Below, piece after piece: positions 39,153 to 53,470 of a stretch of DNA of 64,000 nt; positions within the stretch are counted from its first letter, which is position 1, and every line of letters begins with the position of its first letter. A model generated the notes under the pieces. The model made no database searches, was not told the origin of the DNA, and saw nothing but the letters and a program-made list of their open reading frames with translations. A program made the position numbers and the translations under genes. The stretch is from Nitrospirota bacterium (GTDB lineage Bacteria > Nitrospirota > Nitrospiria > Nitrospirales > Nitrospiraceae), in assembly GCA_963701855.1 (NCBI GenBank), contig CAVPBK010000003.1:96001-160000 (forward strand), written 5' to 3'.

Positions 39153-41441
39153 ATGTCTGCGCGTGAGATCGTGCGACAGTCGCCAAGGAACAGGGGGTTG
39201 GCAATGGCTCGTGTCACAACTCGAATACATATGGCTATGCAATGTCTGACTAGTTCCTTCGTTATCAGGAAGTATCTTGGAGCGGCGGTCATACTGGCGT
39301 TGGGATTACAGATGCTCTTTTCCAGTTCGGGTGACGTTGCATCTTTGTATGCGGCAGAGATCGTTACGGCTTCAGGAAATTCTCCCATGAAATCCGATAG
39401 CGGTCAGGGGGGCCGCACAGCAGGCATTGTTGCCATCCCTGCAGTGGAACCTATTCTCAAGCCGGGGAAAGAGCCCGATGGTTCAAAGATCGGAAAGAAA
39501 CCCCGGAGGTTGATTCGAAAATCCTTGGCTGAAGGGCCTCAACCCGAATCTCTCCAGCAAGCGGATCAAGGACGTTCATCGAGTATGCTGCCGGAAGGCG
39601 ATCATACGACATCCACGACCAAAGATTCATTGGCTGGAATGGCCAAATCATCAGTGGGCATGAGCCCTGTTGGTTCACCGGCTTCGTCTGGAAGTTTAGT
39701 CTCCACCACATCGCAAGGGATGCCAGCATCTTCGGCGGTAGCCGGAATATCAACGGCATCGTCTGGCTCATTGGTTGGTGCGGTTGGATCTGGTGGGTCT
39801 TCCTCTGGCGGAGGAAGAAGCGCGCAGAATCTGATTAGGCAGTTGCCTGGGTTGCAGCAGCTCCTCACGGCCCACCCTGTCACGTCGGATCCTCCGCCTG
39901 AACCGACCGCAGCACCTGCGCCTCCGTTGGGAGCACCGCAAGCTGGATTGCCTCCGGCTCCGCCGAATTGGCTGGCGTACCATGTCTTGAATCGGTTGGC
40001 GTACGGTGGCACACCGAATCAGCTCAATACCGTCTCGCACCTCACCGCTCAAGAAGCCGTCGCATGGGCTGTTCGCTATATGAAGGAACAACTCGAACTC
40101 GATCCCAATAGACCTTGGCCGACGAATTTGCACAATACTCAGCCGCTCCCTGCTCCGATTGTCCCGGATGATTCAGCGCTCAGTCAGATGCTTGCTGCGG
40201 ATAGGGCCGACTGGCGAACTGAAGACGGGCTGCCAGACGTTTTGGCGCCCTCGCTCAGCGAGCTGCAAGATCATGATCTGATTCGAAAGGTCTATAGCCG
40301 GAGGCAGCTCAGGGAAAAGATGGTCTATTTCTGGGACAACCATTTCAATACTAATTATCGGACACATAGCAAGGGTCAGTATGAACTGGCAGAAAATGAA
40401 GCGTTTAGAGCAAATGCGTTCGGAAAATTTCTCGATCTGCTCATGGTCAGTGCTAAGAGCAGCGCGATGATGATTTATCTCAACACCGATGTGAATCGCA
40501 AAGAAAATCCGAATGAGAACTATGCGCGGGAGCTACAAGAATTGCATACGCTCGGAGTCGATGTGAACGGAAACCCGAACGGCTATACGCAGGCCGATAT
40601 CGTGGAGGCTGCCAAAGCCTTTACTGGATGGACCACATTAAACGTGGCTCGTCCGGGGTTTCAGTTCATTGCCAGCCGGCATAGTCCTGGGGCAAAGCAG
40701 TTCTTGGGGCAGACGGTGTCGTCCAACGGAGTCGGTGACGGTGAACAGGTGCTGGCGATTGCCTCGCGCCATCCATCCACTGCCGCGCATCTTGCCAAGA
40801 AATTATGTGTGTACTTTGTGATTGATAATCCATCGACGTCTCTTCTGAACGAAGTCGCGTCGGTTTTCACCGACTCCGGCGGCGACATCAAGAAGGTGTT
40901 GATCGCCATCTTTACCTCTCAGGATTTCAACAACGTGACGAATTATCGAGGGCTGATCAAAACGCCTTTGGAAATCGTTGCAAGCTTGCACCGTAACCTC
41001 GGTGTCTGGTCGCCGATCGATCCATTCCGGAATCGCTTGGTGCGCATGGGACAAGGCCTGTACGAGAAGGCGCCACCAACGGGGTATAAAGAAGCGGCCG
41101 ATGAGTGGCTCAACACAGACGTGATGTTCAACGAAGTGAGCTTCGCCTATGAGGCCACGATTTCAGGATTCGGGTCAACCATCCGATTTGGATCGGACAC
41201 CAGCGGTGGTTTGACCAGACTCTGGTTGAAGAGCCTCGGGCTCAAGACGGAAGAAGATGTATTGGGGTTCCTCTTGAATTTGACCTTCGACCGGCAGGTG
41301 AGCCTCACGGAGTATCAGACCTTTCTCACTACCCTTCGAAGTGGTGGTGGAACCTTCAATCTCGATAACTCCAATGTTGAGACGCCGCTTGATCGAATGC
41401 TGGCAACCGTATTGGCCAGTCCACGCTACAAATACCAGTGA
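39153..41441 (+). CDS. DUF1800 domain protein
   Basis: HVLNRLAYG, QLREKMVYFWDNHF, NENYARELQELHTLG; true start probably further downstream. Confidence 0.9.
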   Translation: MSAREIVRQSPRNRGLAMARVTTRIHMAMQCLTSSFVIRKYLGAAVILALGLQMLFSSSGDVASLYAAEIVTASGNSPMKSDSGQGGRTAGIVAIPAVEPILKPGKEPDGSKIGKKPRRLIRKSLAEGPQPESLQQADQGRSSSMLPEGDHTTSTTKDSLAGMAKSSVGMSPVGSPASSGSLVSTTSQGMPASSAVAGISTASSGSLVGAVGSGGSSSGGGRSAQNLIRQLPGLQQLLTAHPVTSDPPPEPTAAPAPPLGAPQAGLPPAPPNWLAYHVLNRLAYGGTPNQLNTVSHLTAQEAVAWAVRYMKEQLELDPNRPWPTNLHNTQPLPAPIVPDDSALSQMLAADRADWRTEDGLPDVLAPSLSELQDHDLIRKVYSRRQLREKMVYFWDNHFNTNYRTHSKGQYELAENEAFRANAFGKFLDLLMVSAKSSAMMIYLNTDVNRKENPNENYARELQELHTLGVDVNGNPNGYTQADIVEAAKAFTGWTTLNVARPGFQFIASRHSPGAKQFLGQTVSSNGVGDGEQVLAIASRHPSTAAHLAKKLCVYFVIDNPSTSLLNEVASVFTDSGGDIKKVLIAIFTSQDFNNVTNYRGLIKTPLEIVASLHRNLGVWSPIDPFRNRLVRMGQGLYEKAPPTGYKEAADEWLNTDVMFNEVSFAYEATISGFGSTIRFGSDTSGGLTRLWLKSLGLKTEEDVLGFLLNLTFDRQVSLTEYQTFLTTLRSGGGTFNLDNSNVETPLDRMLATVLASPRYKYQ

Positions 41442-41448
41442 GGTGGGT

Positions 41449-42789
41449 ATGGATACCTGTCCACAATGCCGCACAGAACAAGAAGATCTGTCGCGTCGAG
41501 CGTTCTTGAAACGTGCGCTGGGGGTCGCTGGTGCGACTCTGATGTTGAACTTCTTTCCATCTGAACTTCTCCGACGTTCAGCATCGGCTGCGGCCAATGC
41601 AGGAAAGACGCTGGTGGTCGTCTTTCAACGAGGAGGAAACGACGGGTTGAACACGATCGTGCCTTATTCGGACCTGCAGTACTACGCTGTGAGGCCATCG
41701 GCATTGAGCGGAGCAGGCAACATCGGTATTCCTCCCCCTGGAACCGGTGATGGCGCCGGGATTGGTCTCCCCGGCACGGGGTTCGCCATGCATCCGGCCA
41801 TTCAGCCGTTTCTTGACTTGTATAATAATAACAGCTTGGCAATCGTGACGCAGGCGGGGTTTGCCGGCTCCACGCAATCGCACTTTACAGACCAGGACAT
41901 CATCGAACGAGGGGTTTTTCAGGCGACAGACGGGTGGCTCAATCGCTACCTGCAAGCGGTGGGCGCAGTCGGCGCGTCTGCGATTCGTGCGGTCGGTATG
42001 GGAAGTGATCTGGCCGATTCGTTGCGCGGGGCTACGCTCGTTTCCGCGATCAACGATCTGTCAGTCCTGAGCTTTGCAAGACTCGGCAGCTCTAAAGCTC
42101 CATTGGAATCCAACCTCAGGGCGCTCTACGCGCAGGATCCTCAATCGACGAGTACGAATCCCTACAGTCGGCTCGTCCATGCACTCGGACCGGAGATGTT
42201 GAATCGGGTGGCGTCCATCGAGGCGATCGGCCCCGCAGCACCTCAGCACGGCGCGGTGTATCCCAATACTTCCTATGGCAGACAGCTTCGCGATGTCGCT
42301 CACATTATCCGGTCCGGATTAGGACTGGAAGTGGCGACGGTCGATATCGGTGGATGGGATACGCATGATGATCAAGGTGGCGGCGGCGGCGCCACGTTAT
42401 TGCAAGGAGCGAGACTGGCAGAGTTTTCTGGCGGGATCCGGGCGTTCTATGACGATCTAGGAGCGTTGATGAGCAACGTGGTTCTATTGACCTGTACGGA
42501 GTTCGGTCGAACCGTCAAACAAAATGCCAGTGGTGGAACCGATCATGGGAAGGCCTCGGTCTGGTTTGTACTCGGAGGCGGGGTCAAGGGCGGTCTCTAT
42601 CACGGCGCGGCGGGCTTCCCGTCGTCGCTCATTGATGCCAATCTCGATTCGGGCCGATATATTCGTCCGACAGTGGAATTCCGCAATATCTTTTCTGACG
42701 TATTGGTTAAGCATTTCGGGGTCAATGCGACGGAGTTAGATCGCGTGTTTCCAGGTCAGGCGCATCTGCCTGTGGGATTATTTGTGTAA
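41449..42789 (+). CDS. DUF1501 domain protein (Tat substrate)
   Basis: SRRAFLK, RGGNDGLN, GGWDTH, EFGRT, GTDHG. Confidence 0.92.
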   Translation: MDTCPQCRTEQEDLSRRAFLKRALGVAGATLMLNFFPSELLRRSASAAANAGKTLVVVFQRGGNDGLNTIVPYSDLQYYAVRPSALSGAGNIGIPPPGTGDGAGIGLPGTGFAMHPAIQPFLDLYNNNSLAIVTQAGFAGSTQSHFTDQDIIERGVFQATDGWLNRYLQAVGAVGASAIRAVGMGSDLADSLRGATLVSAINDLSVLSFARLGSSKAPLESNLRALYAQDPQSTSTNPYSRLVHALGPEMLNRVASIEAIGPAAPQHGAVYPNTSYGRQLRDVAHIIRSGLGLEVATVDIGGWDTHDDQGGGGGATLLQGARLAEFSGGIRAFYDDLGALMSNVVLLTCTEFGRTVKQNASGGTDHGKASVWFVLGGGVKGGLYHGAAGFPSSLIDANLDSGRYIRPTVEFRNIFSDVLVKHFGVNATELDRVFPGQAHLPVGLFV

Positions 42790-42801
42790 GTGGGGCGGAG
42801 C

Positions 42802-43758
42802 CTAAAAGCCGTCTTTTGCACAGCGAAATCCGGTGCCGCTTGGACGGCTATCCATTGGGCTCCAGTCTCGATCGCTCGTACGAAGACTGATAGCCGGCTT
42901 GAGCCAGGATCCACCGCGCATTGCTTTGATCGCCCCGCGGAGAGGTCCCTGAGGATTAGAGAGGGGGGCCTCTTTGTAGTAGTTTGGGTTATACCAATCC
43001 TGCACCCATTCCGCGACGTTGCCTGCCATGTCGTGGAGGCCATATGGACTCGCGCTTTCTGGAAAACTCGCGACCGGCATGGTGAGCACTTCTCCCTTAA
43101 TGCCTCTCTCTTTTGAAATCTTCGCGCCCTCGCCATTGATCCAGAAGGCATCCCAGTCCGCTCCACTCTGAAAATCAATGGTGCGTCCCGCCCAATAGCT
43201 GGCGCTGTTGGCCTTCTTGAAGTCCCATTCGTTTCCCCAGGGATAGCGACGGCCATCGGTGCCCCTCGCGGCCTTCTCCCATTCCGCTTCGGTCGGCAGT
43301 CGCTTACCCATCCACAGGCAGTAGGCTACGGCATCCTCCCAACTGACATTAACCACGGGATGAGTGCTGATGCCAGAGAGCGGTGCATTGTTCTCCCATA
43401 ATGTGGAAGCAGGGTTCGAGTGTGCCGGCGCACGGTGTCCGGTCGTCCGGACAAATCGTGCGTAGCTATCGTTCGTGACTTCGTACCGGTCAATCCAGAA
43501 TGGAGCGGTGTAGACAAGGCGCTGCGGCTGTTCGTCAGGAAGACCATCGCTGCCGACCGGATTTCCCATCAGGAATTCTCCGGCAGGCACCAGCGCCATG
43601 TCGCTGGAAAGAAGAGAGCTGCTGGCTATTGGTGGATGGCTGAAGGTCAAAACAAGAAACAAGAATGCATGATGGGTCTGCCAAGGCACAATTAGTTCTT
43701 TTTTATTCCACAGGATTTGGCGACTGCATCGCGATAGGCCTGCCAGAGCGTCAGGCAT
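42802..43758 (-). CDS. FGE-sulfatase (SUMF1/EgtB/PvdO) domain protein
   Basis: RLPTEAEWEKAARG, DMAGNVAEW, GFRC; start uncertain. Confidence 0.9.
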   Translation of the reverse strand: MPDALAGLSRCSRQILWNKKELIVPWQTHHAFLFLVLTFSHPPIASSSLLSSDMALVPAGEFLMGNPVGSDGLPDEQPQRLVYTAPFWIDRYEVTNDSYARFVRTTGHRAPAHSNPASTLWENNAPLSGISTHPVVNVSWEDAVAYCLWMGKRLPTEAEWEKAARGTDGRRYPWGNEWDFKKANSASYWAGRTIDFQSGADWDAFWINGEGAKISKERGIKGEVLTMPVASFPESASPYGLHDMAGNVAEWVQDWYNPNYYKEAPLSNPQGPLRGAIKAMRGGSWLKPAISLRTSDRDWSPMDSRPSGTGFRCAKDGF

Positions 43759-44441
43759 TTCTTGAGGCAGTTCAGAACGGCCTGTTGTTGGGTACGTGTC
43801 GTGGCATAATTCACCACCATGGTGTAGGCATCATGACGGTGGCCGGCTTCGACCATTTGGTGCGCGCGAATCAGATCCATGGAATCAAGGGGTAGTCCGT
43901 GGTATCGCACCAGAGGGTGGCGTTGGACGATCGCCTCAATTTCTTCGGCGGTCTTTGGTTTTGAGGGGGCAGCGATTTCGGCGCGATCCTTCACGCTGCC
44001 TTCTACGAAGACAGTCAGGGCCGCTGCTCCGATGACCCAATCTTGGCTATTCGAGATACGGTCCAACCAGGCACGGTAGCGCCGACTAGCGGGTAGGAGG
44101 TGTACCTGGTCAAAATCATGCGCCGGCAATCCAAGGCCTGCCATCATCGTCAGGAACAATTCCGGATGCGACTTTCCCAGCGAGAGTCCGCCGGTGTCTT
44201 CTTCATAAATATTATCGGCAAGCATTCGGCGGATCGGAGCCGGGGGATTCTGTCCATGAATGCGTGCCAGAAATACAGGAAAATCACGCACGTATACGCC
44301 GTACTCCTGTTGAAAGTGGCACTTGAGCTGATCGGCGGTGACCGTTCCGTCGGCGAATGCCGGCCATGCCCAATGATGCTTACGGTCCATCATACGCAAG
44401 AGTTCTTCTTGGAATCGGCTTTTCGTCATGGGGCGTGTCAT
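43692..44441 (-). CDS. Heme-oxygenase-like iron enzyme (CADD/PqqC/TenA-like)
   Basis: NIYEEDTG...HPELF, VFVE, HQMVEAGH. Confidence 0.8.
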   Translation of the reverse strand: MTRPMTKSRFQEELLRMMDRKHHWAWPAFADGTVTADQLKCHFQQEYGVYVRDFPVFLARIHGQNPPAPIRRMLADNIYEEDTGGLSLGKSHPELFLTMMAGLGLPAHDFDQVHLLPASRRYRAWLDRISNSQDWVIGAAALTVFVEGSVKDRAEIAAPSKPKTAEEIEAIVQRHPLVRYHGLPLDSMDLIRAHQMVEAGHRHDAYTMVVNYATTRTQQQAVLNCLKKCLTLWQAYRDAVAKSCGIKKN

Positions 44442-44497
44442 GTCTGTTGCCTTCCCGGTGAACGACTCGTTACAATTCGATGACGTGGAGGCTTTTA

Positions 44498-44782
44498 ATG
44501 AATCAGGTGACGATTCAGAACCCAGAAGACATTCTGTCGATGCTCGCTGAGGTGTCGCTGCAAGGGTCTGGTTTTGTGACGGACTGTCTCCTCGACTATG
44601 TGTTGGAAGAAGGCTTCACGGAGCCGATCTTTCTCAATGCCAGCGGGGAAGACCCTGATGCCTATTTTAAAGGCCAATCTCCTGCCTGGGCAGTGTATCA
44701 GGTTCGAGAATGGAAACGTGTGTTGACTATTTCTGGTGGTCTCGGCAAAGAACGCCGCGTGCAAATTACAGAAACCCCCTAG
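44498..44782 (+). CDS. Hypothetical protein
   Basis: GGAGG RBS. Confidence 0.7.
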   Translation: MNQVTIQNPEDILSMLAEVSLQGSGFVTDCLLDYVLEEGFTEPIFLNASGEDPDAYFKGQSPAWAVYQVREWKRVLTISGGLGKERRVQITETP

Positions 44783-44873
44783 CCTTTGTAAGTGTAAAAG
44801 GGATGCAGGAAAAAAGCAACGAAAAGACAGGGGGTTAACTGCCAATGGCTGGTTTGAGCGTGGAGTGCACCGC

Positions 44874-45110
44874 ATGCCGATGATCCGTCTCACTGAGCCG
44901 CAAAACATGGGCGAACTGGCGATGATCACGAGTTTGCTGGAAGGCAGTGGCATTGCCTATGTCGTTCAAAACGAACATATGAGCAGCTTGTATCCAGGAC
45001 TCCCCATCCTCAACTCGCGTGTCATGGTCGACGAGTGCGATCAGCTTCGTGCGGAAGTGTTGCTGAGCCGACTGCGGTTGGCGGTGCGCGATGTCTCGTC
45101 ACAGCCATAA
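44874..45110 (+). CDS. DUF2007-like protein
   Basis: MITSLLEGSGI..VQNE...VMV pattern. Confidence 0.75.
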   Translation: MPMIRLTEPQNMGELAMITSLLEGSGIAYVVQNEHMSSLYPGLPILNSRVMVDECDQLRAEVLLSRLRLAVRDVSSQP

Positions 45111-45117
45111 GCAAAGA

Positions 45118-45588
45118 CTAATTTTGTGGTTTTGGGGTGTGCGGGTTCGAAGGGGACTGAGCGGGCAGCCGTTCGCCGGAGCCTTGGAACCAACCGCCAA
45201 TGAGGTTGCCTTCTTCAAAGTATAGATAGCGGTGTTTCACCACCGCGGCGCTTTCCCAATCTTCAAAAATCCATTCCTCATGACGGATGCCTTCCTTGGT
45301 GAAGGTCGTGTTGATCGTTTGTGGCCCCCCCCAGGCTGCTAGCACTTGCTCTTTCGACATCCCGACCATGACCCGATGTTCCGCTATATGTTTTTGAAAG
45401 TCCGGGTCTTTGAGTTGTGCAATGAGTGGCCAGATCACCATGATGAGAAGGAACAGACCAAGCCCGGCGTAGATGATAAGCCGAACTGGACGTCGGCGGA
45501 TGAAGGGGGTCAGTTCTTCTATATCGGTTGGAGAGGCGTTCATCGATTCATGGGTCGCCGTGATGGTGTGAGGCATCATGAAATCCAT
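45118..45588 (-). CDS. Membrane-anchored hypothetical protein (BamE/DUF2845-like)
   Basis: TM segment, VGMSKEQVLAAWGGP...EEWIF. Confidence 0.7.
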   Translation of the reverse strand: MDFMMPHTITATHESMNASPTDIEELTPFIRRRPVRLIIYAGLGLFLLIMVIWPLIAQLKDPDFQKHIAEHRVMVGMSKEQVLAAWGGPQTINTTFTKEGIRHEEWIFEDWESAAVVKHRYLYFEEGNLIGGWFQGSGERLPAQSPSNPHTPKPQN

Positions 45589-45660
45589 CGTAGCAACGTG
45601 AATTGGAAAGAGTCAAGCAGAGCTGCCGGTTTCTCTTTATTAATCAGCGCGATATAGGAA

Positions 45661-46287
45661 ATGCGCTATACTGAACGAATACAAGAGCTATGGTGCTCAA
45701 GAAAGGCCGCGATGGGTCCTAGATCGACACATGGAAATAGCCAGAGGCGATGGATACTAATGGTATGGCTCTTGGCCGTCTGGGGGTGTCTCGTCATGCC
45801 GCTGGCTTCAATAGAAGCGTCGGCGACCACTATATATTCCTATATCGATGATCAGGGCACGCCCGTGATGACAGATAATTTTAATACAATTCCTGAACGG
45901 TACCGTGCAAGGGTCAAAACTACCGAGCAGGTAGCGACTGCTTCCCAGAGAACTTCAACTGTCGGTACTGTTCATGAACGTGTGTCAAGTTTTGGAAGGC
46001 AGTTTCGAGAAATGGTTTCCGGAACTGCCCCCAACATCTCCGGGCTCTCTCCTTCACAGTCGGGGATTCTGACCTATGCCGGGTTGGCCGCGATAGTGTT
46101 GCTCGTCGCCATGAACGTGATTAAAGGCCAATTTATCCGCATTCTGGCTTTGGGGTGTTTGATCATGCTCGGGCTTGCCACGCCAGTTTTGATGTACGTG
46201 TCGGATGATGGCCCGATGGATGTGATGAAGAGTAAAGCTTCTCAGGCCGAGAAAAAATACCAAGACCGTGTCCAGCAGATTCCGTAA
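45661..46287 (+). CDS. DUF4124-like protein
   Basis: IYSYIDDQG...TDN...IPERY. Confidence 0.7.
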   Translation: MRYTERIQELWCSRKAAMGPRSTHGNSQRRWILMVWLLAVWGCLVMPLASIEASATTIYSYIDDQGTPVMTDNFNTIPERYRARVKTTEQVATASQRTSTVGTVHERVSSFGRQFREMVSGTAPNISGLSPSQSGILTYAGLAAIVLLVAMNVIKGQFIRILALGCLIMLGLATPVLMYVSDDGPMDVMKSKASQAEKKYQDRVQQIP

Positions 46288-46326
46288 CCCTTCTCAGGGA
46301 TTTTCAAAACCCACCATCAATGTCGG

Positions 46327-47172
46327 TTAGTCTGCATACTTGGGGACAGGTATCTTCTTGGCCGTGGGTGGCTGAGGACCGGGCCGATGCTGAGAGAATT
46401 CTCGCGAGTAGGGATTCACGATTGGGTCATGGGTGTGCCGTTGCTGTTGCTTCACAAGGTCGACACTTTGCGTGCTGATTTCCACACGATCGACTAGCGC
46501 CTTGGTCGTGAGTGGGTCCGGCAGGCCTTGCAATGAAAATAGCTGAAAGGCCAGGGTCCACTCCAGCTTGTCCCTACGTGCCTCTTTCACAATAAAACGC
46601 GCCTGTGAGGATGCGGCGCCTTTAAACAGCAATACCCAAATATTCGATCGGAATGAAGGGGCTGCGGGATCCTCTGATGGGTGAAATTCCGGGACGAGCG
46701 AGGGGATTTGGGTGAGGGGGACTGCGGGGGAGAATTCAATATCGACGAGCCGAACGAATAACGTTTGATTCTCGCTTTCATCGTTGGGATCGACGGTATA
46801 ACTGAACGAGTATCGGACATCGATGCCTTGGCGTGTAAAGGTATAGACATCCTCGCCATTTTCAGGCGACACGAGCTTCCGAAAATAGTTCTCCCAATCG
46901 GTGATGGAGTAGTAGGTAAAGAGTCGTAGCGCGGACTTCCGATCGCGCACTGCCTGCGGCATCCCGAGTTTTTGATGTAATTCCGTTTGTGTCAACCCGA
47001 GGTACCCATCCTCGAAATAGGCTGCCGCGAGGACTGTAGAAGGCTGGAGCCAGATGCCGGTGGTCGATAAGAGCAGCAAGGCTGAGCAGATGGTATGAAA
47101 GGTAAGACGCAGGAGCAAGGTTTCTCTCCAGCTGGTTTCTTCATCGTATCGGCGGTATTTCCCTCCTGTCAA
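46327..47172 (-). CDS. Exported hypothetical protein
   Basis: 281-aa ORF with a signal-like segment. Confidence 0.7.
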   Translation of the reverse strand: MTGGKYRRYDEETSWRETLLLRLTFHTICSALLLLSTTGIWLQPSTVLAAAYFEDGYLGLTQTELHQKLGMPQAVRDRKSALRLFTYYSITDWENYFRKLVSPENGEDVYTFTRQGIDVRYSFSYTVDPNDESENQTLFVRLVDIEFSPAVPLTQIPSLVPEFHPSEDPAAPSFRSNIWVLLFKGAASSQARFIVKEARRDKLEWTLAFQLFSLQGLPDPLTTKALVDRVEISTQSVDLVKQQQRHTHDPIVNPYSREFSQHRPGPQPPTAKKIPVPKYAD

Positions 47173-47273
47173 GACGAGAAAATTGGGATTGCTTGCTGGT
47201 GTAAGAACTGGTCGGTTATGATGGCCGGACTTCCTTCACTTTCACAGCGGACTCGATCGCAGAGACAGGTCGT

Positions 47274-50963
<3,690 letters not shown>

Positions 50964-51007
50964 GAGCCAACTCATAGTATGAGAGAACGCCTTGATGATG
51001 AAGTCTG

Positions 51008-51541
51008 TTAGGAGACTTCTGCCAAGACAGTCTGTCGGACTGGTTTCCCGATCGCCGCGGTCAGCGCTGACTTTACTCGCCCATATCGCTCTTCTGCCCA
51101 GCGATTCACGTCTTCAGAATCAGTAAAGACTAACTCCCAGGCTTTGGCGGCGTCCAGCATCAGCAACTGGTGCGGGTGATTATTGGCGGACACATAGACG
51201 ACGAGTACGGCAGATTTTCCGGTGAGACTGATATCCGTAAACACGTGCAGTCTGGCGCCATCCGGCAAGGTGATGTCGCGGGAAGCGGCTTCGACGAGAG
51301 GATGGTACAGGCGCTGAAGAAATTGGGACGTGACTTCGTAGGCGTTGGTCGCGCTTAAGAGGCGGGGATTGGGCTTTTCTCCAAACAGGTTCTCGGTCAG
51401 ATAGGTCGCAGCCTCCCAGGTCGGCATGACTCCGGACGTGACCAAGGATTCGCACAGATATGCGATCCAATTGCGTGTCGCCCCCTGTTTGCGTGCTGCC
51501 GTTGCCTTCTTCGCCATGATCGGCAATCCTTTCGCGAGCAT
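51008..51541 (-). CDS. Hypothetical protein
   Basis: 177-aa ORF. Confidence 0.6.
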   Translation of the reverse strand: MLAKGLPIMAKKATAARKQGATRNWIAYLCESLVTSGVMPTWEAATYLTENLFGEKPNPRLLSATNAYEVTSQFLQRLYHPLVEAASRDITLPDGARLHVFTDISLTGKSAVLVVYVSANNHPHQLLMLDAAKAWELVFTDSEDVNRWAEERYGRVKSALTAAIGKPVRQTVLAEVS

Positions 51542-51652
51542 GAACGACTGTGGGTACAGGGCCTAGTAACCTATGCGTGGGGCTGTACCTGAGGAGATGA
51601 GGGAAGTATATCGGCAGGTGGAAAAGTGGTCAACGAAATGACGAAAAGGTTA

Positions 51653-52795
51653 CTAGGACTCGCGAATCATTCTGCGCGGCGATTGGTCGGCATACTGGTC
51701 ATGGATGAGCTTGATGTCGTTCAGTGAAGCGAAGAAGATGTCGAGAAGCTCGGGATCGAAGTGTTCGCCCCGATGCTTGCCCATGAGATCGAGGGCGTGA
51801 TCGAGAGGGAAGGCGGGTTTGTAGACCCGTTGTGTGGTGAGGGCATCGAAGGCATCGGCGATTGCGGCGATCCGTCCTTCCACGGGAATCGCTTCACCCT
51901 TCAACTTGCGCGGATATCCGTTACCATCCCAACGTTCATGGTGAGTCCAGGCGATCGATGCCGCGACCTTGAGGATTTCCGCATCCGACCCACTGAGGAT
52001 ACGATAACCGATTTCTGCATGTTGAGAGATGACGGTGAATTCTTCCGGCGTGAACTTGCCGGGCTTGAGGAGCACATGATCCGGCGTGCCGATTTTCCCG
52101 ATGTCGTGCATCGGACTGGCGGTTCGGATCAAATCGCACCGTTCCGATGACAGCCCATACTTCCTCGCGAGCAATTCACAGTAGTGGCTCATGCGCTGAA
52201 TGTGCTGTGCCGTGGCACTGTCTCTGTACTCGGCGGCGATGGCGAGTCGCTGAATCGTTTCCTCTCGTGAGAGTCGCAGTTCCTTTTCGCTTCGTTCGAG
52301 CCACTCGAGTGCCTGCTGGAGAGCCATCGTTCTGGTTTTGACGACATCTTCCAGGTTCTCCCGGTGCAGGCGATTTTCAAGTTCAAGCCGGCGGCGGCGG
52401 AGCGCATTGGCGACATTGATCATGACTTCATTGGACTCGAACGGCTTAACGATGTATCCAAAAGCCCCCATGTCCAGCGCCGCGTTCGCCAGCACCGAGC
52501 TATCGAGACCGGTCACCATGATAGCGGCGGTATGGGGATGCTGACTCAGGATATTGCGGATGAGATCCATACCCGACTCACCGGGCATATTCACATCGCA
52601 CAATATTAATGCAAAGGGTTGTTCCTCCAGCCGTGTCCTTGCTTCACGCGCATCGGATGCGAGGACCGTCTCATACCCATGGGTTTGAAGCATGTATCCC
52701 AGTAGACGGCGGATCGGTTCTTCGTCGTCGATGATCAGTACGCGCTTGAGTTCAAGGAGGGCTTGATCGGCAGATCGGTCGAGGAGCAACGTCAT
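51653..52795 (-). CDS. REC + HD-GYP phosphodiesterase (RpfG-like)
   Basis: IIDDE/CDVNMP receiver; HDIGK and HHERWDGNGYP. Confidence 0.95.
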   Translation of the reverse strand: MTLLLDRSADQALLELKRVLIIDDEEPIRRLLGYMLQTHGYETVLASDAREARTRLEEQPFALILCDVNMPGESGMDLIRNILSQHPHTAAIMVTGLDSSVLANAALDMGAFGYIVKPFESNEVMINVANALRRRRLELENRLHRENLEDVVKTRTMALQQALEWLERSEKELRLSREETIQRLAIAAEYRDSATAQHIQRMSHYCELLARKYGLSSERCDLIRTASPMHDIGKIGTPDHVLLKPGKFTPEEFTVISQHAEIGYRILSGSDAEILKVAASIAWTHHERWDGNGYPRKLKGEAIPVEGRIAAIADAFDALTTQRVYKPAFPLDHALDLMGKHRGEHFDPELLDIFFASLNDIKLIHDQYADQSPRRMIRES

Positions 52796-52899
52796 GATTT
52801 GTGGGTCTACTTTATATTGATAGAGAAAAGAACTGTTTGGCTCAGTGGGTGCTCATGTGTTTCACGACGGTTCAAGGTCTCAAGAGAATGTAAGGGCAA

Positions 52900-52916
52900 A
52901 GCACATTTTGTGCCAA
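52900..52916 (-). promoter_or_regulatory. Sigma54 -24/-12 promoter
   Basis: Minus strand TTGGCACAAAATGTGCT, about 105 bp upstream of the HD-GYP gene. Confidence 0.55.
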
Positions 52917-53414
52917 TACATTACGAAAATCCGCACGTTGTGGGTCTTTTACCAGGTACCGTCTTCTTAGCCGAAAAGCAGTGAGATGCCGCGCTGTGAC
53001 AGTGTTTGTATAAGGGCAGTTACACCCTTGCTCGATGTTCCAGTGGGGTATGTACATAGAATGAGAATACATCTGTTGTACAGATTTAGCCGTTTGTGCC
53101 GGGTGCTTTTGTACAAATTGATCATCAGGAAGGGTCGAAGGTACGCGCGTTTCCCGGCAGTCTGTGTGAGTCAGACATCTGCGGTTACAGTAGAAGTCTT
53201 CGTGAATTATGCGGGCTAGGAGCATGTCCGACACTGTCTTCGTAACGAGGTGAAGGGGGGCCTGGCAGATACACGGCCACAGGCCTCGAAAGGCCGGGGA
53301 CGTATTCACTGGAATACGTTGAGAATTTTTCGAGGCCGAGAATACCATAGATGCGTGGCCATCATTCTCCGCAGTAGAATGGTCAATGTCGGACAGGCTC
53401 CTAGGCCAGTTTCA

Positions 53415-53450
53415 TTGCGCTTTCGAAGGGCCTTCACTATAATGCGCGGC
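53415..53450 (+). promoter_or_regulatory. Sigma70 promoter with GC-rich discriminator
   Basis: TTGCGC-N17-TATAAT-GCGCGGC before rph. Confidence 0.7.
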
Positions 53451-53470
53451 ATCACAAACAGGAGTCATTC

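Noticed and set aside
47173..47273. Cobalamin or SAM riboswitch before metH
   Set aside because: The leader is only about 100 bp and no recognisable core motif was seen.
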